The notes below the pieces were generated by a model. That model saw only the letters and a list, made by a program, of their open reading frames with translations. It was not told the DNA's origin and ran no database searches. 64,000 bases of DNA, from contig CAVYRF010000001.1 in the NCBI GenBank assembly GCA_963770895.1, positions 2,008,712 through 2,072,711 of the forward strand. The letters run 5' to 3'. Made by a program: the position numbers and the translations under genes. Each line of letters begins with the position of its first letter. Position 1 is the stretch's first letter. Shown here piece by piece: positions 15,001-21,020 of this stretch. Source of the DNA: an uncultured Acidobacteriota bacterium. Lineage in GTDB: Bacteria > Acidobacteriota > Thermoanaerobaculia > Multivoradales > UBA5704.

Positions 15001-15243
15001 ACCGCCGGTCCGCTGACCCTGCTGCTGGCCGGCCACCCACTGCCGGCGCCGCCGCTGCCGGCCGGCCTGGCACGCCGCAACGGCAGCACGTCGCCCCCCG
15101 TGCCGTTCTGGGCAGCCGTCGGCGGCGCCGGCACCGAGATCGAATCCCTGCCCGGCGACCACTATTCGATCGTGCGGCCGCCTGCCGTCGCCATCCTCGC
15201 CCGCAAGCTCCGGCGACGCCTTGCTGCCATATCGCTAACTTAG
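1..15243 (+). CDS. Non-ribosomal peptide synthetase, 5'-truncated by the window edge: C(tail)-A-T / C-A-T / C-A-T / C-A(MT)-T-TE
   Basis: The frame is open from nt 1; the GTG at 52 is only the first in-window start. Motifs read from the translation: adenylation core YTSGSTG[RTM]PKG at ~1325, ~4858, ~8243, ~11575; PCP GGHSLLA at ~2638, ~6148, ~9487, ~14203; condensation HHIV[AGS]DGWS at ~3349, ~6739, ~10078, plus a C-domain tail at 1-700; SAM motif VVEVGCGAG at ~12772; thioesterase GWSLGG at ~14629. Stop at 15241-15243. Confidence 0.97.
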   Translation, partial: GARGLRFDAEVSRSLAAVGREVGATPFMTLLAVYVALLHRLSGTEDFWVGTPAAGRRDADLDGVVGYFVNPVAVHARIGARPRFEELLRRQRAAALAAFAHQRLPFALAAAEVAGGHDPSRSPVFQTMFVLYRERAGDRGLAALAMGEGDTPLDLGGGVVVLRPAPLERRAAQLDLTLQMAEIDGCYAASLVYSDDLFDAATAARMLGQLRSLAEAVAAPGGRTVRVAELPLLSAAESHQLMVEWQGQAGAEPAGDGLCLHQLFERRAALTPAAVALVCEGAELTYGQLSRSANRLARHLRRFGVGPEVRVALCLERGIDLVVALLAVLKAGGAYVPLDPGYPRERLRFVAADALADVEHPVLITRRQLAGLFAPAAPAPDAAAPGAAAPGAAALDAAAFDAAARRPFRLLLVDGDRQAIAAESAQDLAAGAAPAALAYVIYTSGSTGRPKGVMVSHANVTRLLRQTERWYGFGARDVWPLCHSAAFDVSVWEIWGALLYGGRLVIVPYWASRAPNALHRLLVEQRVTVLNQTPSAFRQLIEADAAADAAARRDLALRWVIFAGEAIDLASLRPWVERHGEAAPRLANMYGITETTVHSTWRALTAADLDDPGRSPIGVGIADLSLYLLDAAAQPVPLGVPGEIHVGGAGVARGYLARPDLTAARFVPDAWAGAPGGGRLYRSGDLARWRPGGDLEYLGRMDHQVKIRGFRVELGEIEAALAVQPGVRAAAVTLWSPRSAGPAASGVSGGAVAAGEDARLVAYVVMGEERATQADGGSAARTATAVLPPTPAGQLRQALASRLPEHMVPASFVFLEAFPVTPSGKLDRRALPPPASDGRMDAAGWVAPRTAAEELVADLFAAVLAVGRVGAQDSFFALGGHSLLATRLVTRVRAVFGVDLVLRQVFEHPTVAELARLLTGMARLDHPRAPPLLPAARSESAPGAPAVAGPIPLSYAQERLWFLDRLVPRGAVYNLPGALRLRGPLDVPALAASLRAIVRRHQVLRTVYPAAAGNAPRQQVLADFTLPIPLVDLAGLGLGGADDGSDAHGMGDAIGAAGASGGTGDGVPAAHRVRQAAAWQVAVSLAREPFDLACGPLVRVHLLRLGAAHHLLILTLHHIVADGWSVGIFLRELAALYAACVAPARPALPALAPLPIAYADFARWQRAWMEGERLAAELAHWRRVLAGAPPRTELPADRPRPPAPSYRGGRTHVLLPPAALRDLRGVARQQGATLFMALLAAFDALIARHGGREDLVVGTPVANRERIETEGLIGCFVNSLPLRVSLAGRPHAGELVARVRQASLDAFAHQDLPFEKLVESLSPERDLTAPPVFQLMLVVQNAGDPHDPHGGDGGLRLELCAIDTATAKFDLLVEAVEAADGLRLGFEFSRDLFDAVTVKRFAAHFVTLAAALGGEPPLPIGELPLLTAGERQQLREWNDTAAAPPRHLCLHQLIEQQARRTPAAVAVVDGEGGSLTYAALDAAANRLARRLRHLGAGAETVVAVCAERSVALVVGLLAILKAGAAYLPLDPDYPAERLRFMRQDAGAPLLLTERRVAARLGEPLPPPAAASASASAGTVWLDDLDSDSEPWAPGKDQAGRPDGGLGATAAADNLAYVIYTSGSTGRPKGTMNSHRGIVNRLLWMQQRYRLAADDRVLQKTPLSFDVSVWELFWPLLAGARLVMARPGGHRDPAYLLAAIADQAITTVHFVPAMLAAFLAAASDAVATPAGRRPDLSSLRRVLASGEALPYELQQEHAARIAAPLHNLYGPTEAAVDVTSWQTDPAGARRLVPIGRPVANTSIHLLDRDGRQVPVGAAGELHIGGVQVGRGYLGRPDLTAERFVPAAVPAVAGDPHGARLYRTGDLARHLADGAIDYLGRLDGQVKIRGLRVELGEIEAALAAHPAVRAAAVALRPLAAAAGAPVALVGYLVAAASPAAADRSAAAPAPAAAQAVAAPAEAAALRQFLAARLPRHMLPAALVWLPQLPLSPSGKVDRGALPPPHLAGGRDAAAAAARLPESPSEQLVAACFGELLGVEPIGLDDDFFARGGHSLLATRLVSRLRQLLGVEVPLREVFEGPTVAALAHRIDRLLAGGDAAAAAPPIRPAPRDLPLPLSFAQQRLWFLDQLQPGSPLYNLPLALGLDGELAIAGLRAALAALVARQEALRTVFAVPAGGGDPFQRILPAAPQPLPLVDLTGLPAARREPLARELAAATALLPFDLARGPLARARLVRLAEQRHVLLLALHHIVGDGWSLALIVDEIAAHYTAAVAAVAAVAGVADVARPLPALPVQYGDFAVWQRRWLQGDVLQHQLDYWRRHLAGAPAQLDLPLDRPRPPVQSGRGGTRRAAFDARLTEALRCRSRAGGGTLFMTLLAAFQLLLARHAGQDDVVVGTPIANRTRGEIEGVVGMFVNTLALRTRIAPEAGFGHLLASVREVTLGAFARQDLPFERLVEELRPERARSHSPLFQVMFALQAPTAAPPPAAGVALSLFAEPGTGSKFDLTLSLREVEAGLTGCLEHRRDLFDPATAERLLAAFGSLLTAVAHDAGKPLFDLPLLADAQRHQLVAEWGAGAVTPPPAAASLHHRFTDQARRTPQAVAVVHGGEHLTFGELDRSADRLARELRRLGVGAGAIAGICAQRSPAMIVALLAVLKAGGAYLPLDPGYPPERLAFMAADAGIAVLLHDAAAAPGGRLGGLAPGAARFDLAGLPELRQLQDLRGLPQPDAPAPADDDGGGAASAAYVIYTSGSTGTPKGVVVSHGAICNHMAWTLRILAPDARDAVLQRTTASFDASVWEIFLPLWSGARLVLLDAAAQGDADRMLQAIAVHGVTILQTVPSLLALLCDRPRLQEHCRSLRRVICGGETLTTDIASRFERQLGAPHGPRLLNFYGPTEAAVDASWWPCQPGDASERGMPIGRPIDNLDVAVLDATGRMAPIGAIGELHLGGAGLARGYLARPELTAARFVPDPRQRRAGGRLYRTGDLARFRAGGQLEYCGRTDHQVKVRGFRIETGEIEAALLALPGVEQAAVAVVAAATGDRRLVAYVAAPPDAAPPDPAALRAELRRRLPEFMVPAAWVTLPRLPRTAQGKLDRQALARIAPRPGAVLSGSPASGEPLEPWAPGGALPRSPGEELIAGVWQEVLSLGDARPGPGDNFFELGGHSLLATQVVSRLAAMLHVDLPVATVFESPTLAAFAAAVETARGARPRPAIPRAPRRAPLPLSYAQERLWFLDRLQPGQATYNMPVAFAARGHLAPAILDAALGEVLRRHEALRTRFVELGDRPMQHFDPPRPPRLPLVDLAALPGGRRAAEGLRIARAEAGRPFDLAAGPLLRGLLVRRGGPAEPAAAEHVVLLNVHHIVSDGWSMGVLVAEIGALYRAAIAGAPSPLPELPVQYADFAVWQRGWLDEAELGRQLAWWRQRLTGAPAAVELPTDRPRPMAQSGRGGLARLHLGAAATAALAAAGRRRGVTLFMALFAGCAALLARLGRQEDLVVGTPIANRHHLETERMIGFFVNSLALRCNLGGDPTTAELFGRVRETALAAYAHQDLPFERLVAELRPERLLSQNPIFQVMCALQNAPLGALDLPGLDLAPLALSAPTAKFDLALSWSEQPDAGGALACELRYAADLFDAPTAARLLGHLRELLAGLAAQPGRRVAELPLLGAAERHQVLCEWNASTWQTGGGDPTLLQLVHAPFERQAAREPAAEAVVDGDRTVSYGELAALARRAAARLRAAGVGPDRPVALCAWPSIELVAALFGILRAGGAYLPLDPAHPRERLAQVLADSGAAVVVAEPATIDRLPPAVRPMLLAQLVADPDPADGSAPAPAPGSPPAPALPAALEDVQPDHAAYVLYTSGSTGMPKGVVVSHRAVCNRLRFQVEADLAPGARVLQRTRLGFDVSVIELFAPLWAGAVLVVAPPAQAQDAASLARLVVAQRITNLTAPPGLFPALLAEPAFCRSGSLRRLVTGGDRVPADLARRLADAFDAAPVPPQLWSRYGPTEATVSVSEWDCRLPASGPTVPLGRPLAGARLYVVDRALQPVPPGVPGELCIAGVCLARGYHGRPDLTAAAFVPDPHGAGPRAGGRLYRTGDLVRRRSDGVVEFLGRLDWQVKVRGFRIETGEIESVLAGHPAVRQVVVVAVAEGGAAADADGAQQQLVAYVVPRAQDAGAGGERTLPSAVAAVTAVTADEHVAAWNALYEEVHPHQETGDPALDFAGWNSSYDGAPIPVAEMREWADAAARLVLSLAPRRPRVVEVGCGAGLLLLRVAPHCASYQGVDFSRSTLAVLAGRLARPGHELPQVTLTHAPADRWQPHAEAGGGARHADLVILNSVVQYFPSVDYLLQVLRHAAAVVVPGGRIFLGDVRSLDLAEALYTSIELAAAPDDLAVEELRRRVLARRDDDEELLLAPRFWHALRRHLPAVSHVDLRVKRGRAINELSGYRYDVVLTLGGQVAAAGLPPELLVFDATAAAFNLEVVGERLAAAAGAPAADAATAVVEIQGLLDRRLAAEAAAIALLAQPESEPWTVGELRRALAARLAREPGVSGEDVWQLGASLGYQVELLAGGADSAGGFRFTARLRRPGQAAAAAAPPAIAASAAIAASGTSAASGVSGATAAVEQEPGALAALASNPLRGRLNRELAAELRRRVAAQLPDYMVPAAFVMLERLPMTAHGKLDRAALPAPKATRQAVSQRYSEPRTPLEKSLAELWGELLGRERIGREDSFFELGGHSLLAVRLMARLRQRFGRELPVAALFRADTVERLAALLSSGRGAAVTRALVELTPPPAAGPAGPGSAGRVPPRPLFCVHPAGGNVLCYTALARALGSRQPLYGLQLPDAETLGPDPTIEALAARYVTELTAVAPAGPYALGGWSLGGVIAYEMARQLRAAGAQVDLLALIDPSPVRRNGAAPAQAEDSRLLADFGYDLVALAGNGSAVPAATLQRLDRELTLPRLVAAAHAAGLLPPELEVPEVERLFALYRTTRRALDRYRPRPTAGPLTLLLAGHPLPAPPLPAGLARRNGSTSPPVPFWAAVGGAGTEIESLPGDHYSIVRPPAVAILARKLRRRLAAISLT
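12560..13940 (+). other. SAM-dependent methyltransferase domain inserted in the fourth adenylation domain, between core motifs A8 and A9
   Basis: The A8-like motif GRLDWQVKVRGFRIETGEIE (~12325-12390) and the A9/A10 motifs LPDYMVPAAF...GKLDRAALP (~13970-14060) are separated by ~450 aa. That insert contains the Rossmann SAM motif VVEVGCGAGLLLL. Domain boundaries are approximate. Confidence 0.8.
14400..15240 (+). other. Terminal thioesterase (alpha/beta hydrolase) domain of the NRPS
   Basis: The sequence LFCVHPAGGNVLCY ... GWSLGG (nucleophile elbow GxSxG) ... GDHYS follows the last PCP. The stop codon comes immediately after. Boundaries are approximate. Confidence 0.85.
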
Positions 15244-15253
15244 TTATTTGCTA

Positions 15254-15282
15254 TTGACACGATTGTTCGCAATCTCTACGAT
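15254..15282 (+). promoter_or_regulatory. Candidate sigma70-type promoter for the secreted-protein/MMPL pair
   Basis: TTGACA (15254-15259), a 17-nt spacer, then TACGAT (15277-15282). It lies in a short low-GC gap directly after the NRPS stop. Pattern match only. Confidence 0.4.
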
Positions 15283-15315
15283 ATCGGCGTGAGCGCTGAT
15301 ACCAGTGGAGGTGCT

Positions 15316-16068
15316 ATGAGCCCAAGCAGAGCACATGCAGGCATTCTTGCCGTACTCCTTGTCCTCACCCTGCCGGCCCTTCTGGCCGCGCAGACCATCC
15401 CCGCGGGAACCGATCTCTGGGCGACGCCGCGTGACGGCAATACCTCGTTCACGTTCCCCGCCGGCGACGTGGAGAGCTTGTGCGGCATGCCGCCCATCTC
15501 AAGCTGGAACCACACGGTCGCCCTGGGCGGCCCGGCCAACTCCGGCCCGGGGGGCGACACCGCGGTGGCGCGGCTCGACAACGCCACCTTCTCGGGCGGC
15601 AAGGCCACCACGCGTGTCCAGCTCGCCGCCCTGAACATGACCAACCTGGCGCCCCAGAACACGCCCTGCGGCCCCCTCAACTGGACGGTGGGGCTCTTCG
15701 GCAGTCAACCCATGACCATGATGACGATCACCCTGGGCAGCGGCTCCAGCGGCACCACGGGCAGCTCCACCGGCGGCACCTTCGCCGCCAACCTGCAGCT
15801 GAGCGCCAGGCTGGACGCCACCAACGCCGCTACCGGCTCGCCGGTCGGCAGCCTGTTCTACACGGTGACCCTGCCGGACCCGGGCGGCACCGCCTGGTCG
15901 CTCAGCTCGACGGGCCAGTTCCGGGCCGGCATGGATTCCAGCAACAACTGCCTTGAAACGCTGCGCGGCGAACAGAACACGACCGGCGGATCGGGTGAGC
16001 ACGCCTACTGCATCGCCGATGCGATCTCGCAGGGCAACTGCAACCTGCCCTGCCTGACGCAGAATTGA
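15316..16068 (+). CDS. Secreted hypothetical protein (250 aa), Ser/Thr/Gly-rich with several Cys
   Basis: ATG 15316 is preceded by GGAGG (15307-15311). The N-terminus AHAGILAVLLVLTLPALLAAQ looks like a signal peptide. No family was recognised. The ORF-track start (GTG 15289) is 9 codons upstream. Confidence 0.75.
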   Translation: MSPSRAHAGILAVLLVLTLPALLAAQTIPAGTDLWATPRDGNTSFTFPAGDVESLCGMPPISSWNHTVALGGPANSGPGGDTAVARLDNATFSGGKATTRVQLAALNMTNLAPQNTPCGPLNWTVGLFGSQPMTMMTITLGSGSSGTTGSSTGGTFAANLQLSARLDATNAATGSPVGSLFYTVTLPDPGGTAWSLSSTGQFRAGMDSSNNCLETLRGEQNTTGGSGEHAYCIADAISQGNCNLPCLTQN

Positions 16069-18659
16069 AGCCCCAACGCGGCCGGGCGGCGGCATCGCCG
16101 CCCGCGCCACCGTCGCTCCCGTGGGCCCTGTGGCTGGCGCAGGCCTCCGCCGCCCATCCCCGTCTGGCCCTGGGCCTGATGCTGGCGCTGGTGTCGGCCA
16201 TGGCGCCCGGCCTCTGGCGCATCCAGCTGCGCACCGACGGCCATTCGCTGGTGCCGCCGCACGATCCGGCGGTGACTGTCGACCGCCAGGCGCGGCAGGT
16301 TTTCGGCCTGCGTGACCCGCTGCTGGTGGCGATCGAAACCCCCACGCCCAACGGGATCTTCGACCCCCACACCCTGCAGCGCCTGCAGGCCCTGACCCAC
16401 GACCTGGCGGCGCTCCCCGGCATCGGCCCGGACCACGTGGTGAGCCTCGCCACGGAAAAGAGCCGGCGCTTTGCCGCCGACGGCTTCAACTTTCTGCCGC
16501 TGCTGGAGCCCTTGCCCTGGACGCCCGCCCGCCGCCGCCAGCTGCAGGAAGAGGTGCAGGCGGTCGACACCTTCCGCGGCACCCTGATTTCGTTCGACGG
16601 CCGAGCCGCGGCGGTGCTCGTCGGCGTGCCGGCGCCGGGACAGCTGGTAGACGGGCACGCCGTCGACCGCGTCCGCCTCTACCACCAGGTGGCCGCCATC
16701 GCACAACGGTACCAGCACGCGTCCGTGCGGCAAGCCGCAAACGATGCCGCGGCGCCACTTCCGGCCGCGGTCACCCCCGACCACCGTGCCCAGGGCTCCG
16801 CTCTGTCCGGCGGTGCCCAGGGCGGGACCACCGGCGATCGGCAACAGGGGGGCCAGGCGGCCAACCGCCCGGTGGGTGAGCGCATCTGGGTGGTGGGGGC
16901 GCCCGCCGCCGAAGCGCTGCTGGGTGAGCACGTGCTCGCCGACCTGGCCCTGCTGCTGCCGCTGGCCCTGATCACCATCGCCACCGTCCTGTGGGTGGCC
17001 TGCGGGCGCACCTGGGGCGCGGCGATCGGTCTGGCGAAGGTGGCCGGGGTGCAGGTCTTCACCCTGGGACTGATCGGCTGGAGCGGCCAGCCGGTCTACC
17101 TGACCACCGCCGTCATCCCGGTGTTGCTGACCACCGTCGGCCTGTCGGACGAGATCCACCTGCTGTGGCACTACCGCCACCGGCCGGCCGGGCAGCCGCC
17201 GGCGGTCGCCCTGGCGCGCGCGCTCCAGGACCGGGTGCCGCCGATCGTGCTGACCTCGCTCGCCACGGCGATCGGCTTCCTGTCGTTTCTGGCTTCGTCC
17301 ATTCCGGCGGTGTGGAGCTTCGGCCTCTTTGCCGGGATCGGCGTGCTGTTCTGCATCCTGTGGGCGCTGGTGGCGACGCCGGCGCTGATGGCACTACGGC
17401 CGGACGCCATTCCGGCGGCCGGTCCCGCCGCCGCCGACCTGCGGCGGGTCCACGCGGCCCTGGCCCGCCTGGCGCAGCCGCGCACGGCGCTGCCGGCGCT
17501 GGCGATCGCCACCATCCTGCTGGTGGCCGGCATCCCGCGCCTGGTCGTTCAGGACGGCTGGATCGACAACTTCGCGCCCGACAGCCCGCTGCGCCGCGCG
17601 TCGGCACGCATCGACCAGCTCTTCGCCGGCACCCACCAGCTGCTCGCCGTGCTCACCTTCGACCCGCCCGCCGCCCAGGTGCCGGCCGTCCCCGCCGCCC
17701 GCGGACCGCTCCTCGCCGGCTCGACGCTTGCCGCCGTCGGCCGCTTCGAACAGGCCCTGCGCGCCCAGCCCCAGGTCGGCGGCGTGCTGGGGCCGGCCGG
17801 CTACCTCACCACCACCGCCTACCTGTGGGCGGGGATGCGCCCGGAAAGCCGCGCGATCATCGACGATCCCGCCTGGATCTATCTCCATTTCTGCCGCATC
17901 GGCACGGTGCGCGGCATGGCGCGGCGGCGGGAGCTGATCGACGCCGGCTTCCGCCGCACCGTCGTCACCCTGCTGCTCAAGCGCGCCAACTACCAGGAGA
18001 CCGCGGCGCTCATCGCCACCATCCGCCAGCTTGAAAAAACCCAGCTCGCCCCGGTCTACGGACGCGTCGACCTGGCCGGCGACGTCGCCGTGTCGCAGGC
18101 GATGATCCCGGCGATCGTCCACACCCAGCTCGCCTCGCTAGCCCTGGCCCTGGCCGGCAGCCTGGCCGTCGTCATGCTGATCTTCCGCTCCGCCAGGATG
18201 GGTCTAGCGGCGGTCGCGCCCACCGCGCTGGCCGTCGCCTGGACCTTCGGCCTGATGGGCTGGCTGGCAATCCCGCTCGGCGTCGCCACCTCGATCTTCT
18301 GCGCCGTGACCCTCGGCATCGGCGTCGACTTCGGCATCCACCTGTTCCACCAGCTGCGCCGCGCCCAAGCGGCGGGGGAGCCACAGCCAGGCGCGGCCGC
18401 CCTGGCCGCTGCAGGACCCGCCATCCTGATCGACGCCGCCGCGATCACCCTGGGCTTCGGCCTGCTGGCCTTTTCGCGCGTCCCCGCCAACAGCCGCTTC
18501 GGCTTGCTGGTGGCGGCCGGCCTGTCCAGCGCCTGCCTGCTCACCCTGGCCGGCGCCGGCGCCGGCCTCCTGTTGCGCGACCGCCGTTACCAGCCAGCAC
18601 CGCTTCCGGCGCCTCACCCGCCGCCGCTGGCCGATCGGGCGATCCCCGCCAAACCGTGA
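16065..18659 (+). CDS. MMPL/RND-superfamily exporter (HpnN-like), 864 aa
   Basis: The TTG start overlaps the upstream stop (TTGA). Two clusters of hydrophobic helices (e.g. IVLTSLATAIGFLSFLASSIP, GVATSIFCAVTLGIGVDFGIHLFH) are separated by large soluble loops, as is typical of MMPL/RND transporters. The start codon is uncertain. Confidence 0.85.
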   Translation: MKPQRGRAAASPPAPPSLPWALWLAQASAAHPRLALGLMLALVSAMAPGLWRIQLRTDGHSLVPPHDPAVTVDRQARQVFGLRDPLLVAIETPTPNGIFDPHTLQRLQALTHDLAALPGIGPDHVVSLATEKSRRFAADGFNFLPLLEPLPWTPARRRQLQEEVQAVDTFRGTLISFDGRAAAVLVGVPAPGQLVDGHAVDRVRLYHQVAAIAQRYQHASVRQAANDAAAPLPAAVTPDHRAQGSALSGGAQGGTTGDRQQGGQAANRPVGERIWVVGAPAAEALLGEHVLADLALLLPLALITIATVLWVACGRTWGAAIGLAKVAGVQVFTLGLIGWSGQPVYLTTAVIPVLLTTVGLSDEIHLLWHYRHRPAGQPPAVALARALQDRVPPIVLTSLATAIGFLSFLASSIPAVWSFGLFAGIGVLFCILWALVATPALMALRPDAIPAAGPAAADLRRVHAALARLAQPRTALPALAIATILLVAGIPRLVVQDGWIDNFAPDSPLRRASARIDQLFAGTHQLLAVLTFDPPAAQVPAVPAARGPLLAGSTLAAVGRFEQALRAQPQVGGVLGPAGYLTTTAYLWAGMRPESRAIIDDPAWIYLHFCRIGTVRGMARRRELIDAGFRRTVVTLLLKRANYQETAALIATIRQLEKTQLAPVYGRVDLAGDVAVSQAMIPAIVHTQLASLALALAGSLAVVMLIFRSARMGLAAVAPTALAVAWTFGLMGWLAIPLGVATSIFCAVTLGIGVDFGIHLFHQLRRAQAAGEPQPGAAALAAAGPAILIDAAAITLGFGLLAFSRVPANSRFGLLVAAGLSSACLLTLAGAGAGLLLRDRRYQPAPLPAPHPPPLADRAIPAKP

Positions 18660-18699
18660 GCGGCCGGCAGGAGCCCCGCGCCTATGGGTGCTCCGGCCA

Positions 18700-18977
18700 G
18701 CCGCAGGCCGGATGCGCTGGGCCGCACGATAAGGCGTCCCTGCGCCCACCCGATCTCCTTCGAGTCTCCTGCCTCGCGCGCACTGCGGCCCCCGTGCGCT
18801 TCGCACCCCTGCCGATAGCGCCCACCCCATCCGCCTGCCCCACCCAGGGGAATTTGCCCACGCGACCGCGCACTCGCCAAACCCTGATCCCGCGGTGCGC
18901 GCTCCGGCAACAGCCAGCCCCGCGGACATGAATCGGACCGGTTTGCTCGTCCTCAACCCACCCCTGGCGCTGGCCTC
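18700..18977 (+). repeat. Repeat R, copy A (part B only)
   Basis: Near-identical to 28087-28375 and 34066-34365 (e.g. AAGGCGTCCCTGCGCCCACCCGATCTCCTTCGAGTCTCCTGCCTCGCGCGCAC...). Contains the 13-bp inverted pair 18776-18788 / 18890-18902. Confidence 0.9.
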
Positions 18978-19263
18978 ATGGCCGGCGCGGCCGACGACGG
19001 ATAGCTCGACGCGGGTGCCGGCCTGGTCGGTCTTGCTACGCCGCATGCGGAACCCACCCTCGACCGGCACCAGGTCCTCGACACGCGCCGCGGCGACCTC
19101 GGAAGGCTCGCGGCCGAGCCACTACAAGACGGCAAGACGCAAATGGGGGCCGCGAAACCACGTCGCCGAAAACGAACTGTCTCTAATTTGCGGTGTTGTG
19201 AAACTACCCTTATAGGAACCCCCAGCTATGCCTGCAACCTGGAGGGAGAAAGGGGTGAATGTG

Positions 19264-20397
19264 ATGAAGCGTCCGGTGGGCCTGGCCGCTCTGGCGGCCT
19301 TCACCTGTCTCGCGGTCTGTGCCGTCGCCTGGTGCGCCGAGGGCCAGCCGACCATGGCTGCTCTCCACATCGTGGCGGACCAGGAAATTCCGCTCGAGCC
19401 AAGCCAGGCGCTCAATGTGCGCTGGGCGAGCGACCAGACCGTCTACCTGAGCCGGCTCTATCACGGTGTCACGGAGGTATCCCTCGACGGCAAGCTGACG
19501 CAGCTGCGCCAGCCGGTTCCCGACCGGGCGACCCTTCATGTTCCAATGCATGGGTTCGAGCGCCTGGCCATGTCGCCGCAGTTCTTCCTCGTCGGCTCGC
19601 CGCTGACGGACTATGGCTTCCGGCCGCGGGCGGCCGATGCGGCAGGCACCTTCAAGTTCACCTGGCTGCGCGTCTCGTCGATCGGCGGCATCGACCTCTT
19701 CGGGAATCGCCTGCTCTTCCTGGGAGACCCGACACCCCGGCGCCTGGAGAGCCTTGAGCCGAGCGCGGGCATCGCCTGGATCGGCCGGCTCAGCAGCCAC
19801 CCCGAGCGGGACCTGAAGCCGTTCCTCTACGACATGGCAGGCGCACCGCCCAAGAGCCTCTTGAACTGCATGAACCTGGAGATGGGGGCGGTGCGCTTCC
19901 TGCCGAGCGGTTCCTACCTGGTGGTGCCCGGCTTTCAGGATGGGGTTTTCCTGTACAGCGCAGGCGGAGCGCTCCTCCATCGTTGGAACAACGCGGCCGT
20001 GGGTCTCGATGCCCCCGATTGCGCCAGCATGGAGCTGGCGCAGGCGCAGCTCTTCGCCGGCTCCTATCTCGCACGGTTTGAGTTTCTCAACCGGTACCGG
20101 GTGCTGGACGAGATCCTGCCGCTGGCCGAGGGCCCCGGCCTGCTGATCCGCAGCGTCGCGGACGGCGCGGTCCACTGGACGCTGAACGTCCTTCATGGCG
20201 ATCAGGTCGACACCTATCCGGTGCCCATCACCGGGAGCGTTCCCTTCGATCGCCTGCGGGCGGATGTGCGCGGCAACCGCATCGTGTTGCTCCGCACCTG
20301 GCACGGCTTTGGAGCCAATCCCACATTCCGCCCGGGGCGCCTCTACGTGGCCGAGATCACCACGCCGGCCAGGTCGGCCATGGAGGCGGCGCAATGA
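19264..20397 (+). CDS. Secreted hypothetical protein, 377 aa (cassette 1, large subunit)
   Basis: ATG 19264 lies after GGAGGGAGAAAGGGG. The signal-like N-terminus is MKRPVGLAALAAFTCLAVCAVAWCAEG. By eye ~60% identical to the 21243-22370 product. Repeated short beta-strand-like blocks suggest a propeller-like fold, which is inference. GC3 is high. Confidence 0.85.
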   Translation: MKRPVGLAALAAFTCLAVCAVAWCAEGQPTMAALHIVADQEIPLEPSQALNVRWASDQTVYLSRLYHGVTEVSLDGKLTQLRQPVPDRATLHVPMHGFERLAMSPQFFLVGSPLTDYGFRPRAADAAGTFKFTWLRVSSIGGIDLFGNRLLFLGDPTPRRLESLEPSAGIAWIGRLSSHPERDLKPFLYDMAGAPPKSLLNCMNLEMGAVRFLPSGSYLVVPGFQDGVFLYSAGGALLHRWNNAAVGLDAPDCASMELAQAQLFAGSYLARFEFLNRYRVLDEILPLAEGPGLLIRSVADGAVHWTLNVLHGDQVDTYPVPITGSVPFDRLRADVRGNRIVLLRTWHGFGANPTFRPGRLYVAEITTPARSAMEAAQ

Positions 20398-20957
20398 GGC
20401 GCCGACGCCGGCTTTCCGCGCTCATCCGGTGGGCATTTCTGGCGCTGCTACTGCTGGTCCAGGCACAGGTCAGGTCGCGCCCGGCCCTGGCTTCGGCGAG
20501 CGGCTGTGTGCTCGGATCGTTGCGCTGGGGTCCTGGTTACCAAGGGTCGGAGCCGGACTGCTCCGGGGGGAACGGTGGCTGTTACCTATGCAGCTACAGC
20601 AACACCGGCCAGGATGGTTACACCATCTGCTCCGAGCTTCCGGACGGCAGTGGTTCCTCCTACTGCTCCGACGTCAGTCAGATCCCGGATGATTGGCCCC
20701 CACCCAACCCGGATGAGCCAGATCCGGACCCGGGCGCGCCGCCACCCGATGCCCCGCCGCCCGACAGTCCGGGGACGGGAGGTGATGGTGGCGGAGGGGG
20801 TGGGGGAGGAGACTGCCTGCCGCCCAAATGCCATGAGGCTGATTGGGTGCACGTGCACACGGCGGTCTCGGCACATCCGTCAAAGCCGGGTGTGAACCTC
20901 TGGCTGGCCGTGGAGACGCTCGGTTCCAGTGACTTGCACCGGCAGCCTGACCGGTGA
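20394..20957 (+). CDS. Small secreted Cys-rich / Pro-Asp-rich / poly-Gly protein, 187 aa (cassette 1, small subunit)
   Basis: The ATG overlaps the upstream stop (ATGA). Signal peptide MRRRRRLSALIRWAFLALLLLVQAQ. A 6-Cys block (SGCVLG...DCSGGNGGCYLCSY...ICSE...YCSD), a PD-rich linker and a G8 run follow. The C-terminus carries the motif DCLPPKCHEADW...NLWL. Confidence 0.75.
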   Translation: MRRRRRLSALIRWAFLALLLLVQAQVRSRPALASASGCVLGSLRWGPGYQGSEPDCSGGNGGCYLCSYSNTGQDGYTICSELPDGSGSSYCSDVSQIPDDWPPPNPDEPDPDPGAPPPDAPPPDSPGTGGDGGGGGGGGDCLPPKCHEADWVHVHTAVSAHPSKPGVNLWLAVETLGSSDLHRQPDR

Positions 20958-21020
20958 CGGCAGGGCGGCGAGCGCCAGCCCCGCCGCCTGGGTGCCGCCG
21001 GCCAGGTGTTCGGAGATGTA

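Noticed and set aside
9363-15162. Very long alternative-frame and antisense ORFs inside the NRPS (e.g. 9363-14933 +, 1856 aa; 11503-15162 -, 1219 aa; 2202-4757, 4926-7535)
   Set aside because: Their translations are Arg/Gly/Pro/Ala-rich with no motifs. They lie wholly within a frame that carries continuous NRPS motifs. These are typical high-GC shadow ORFs.
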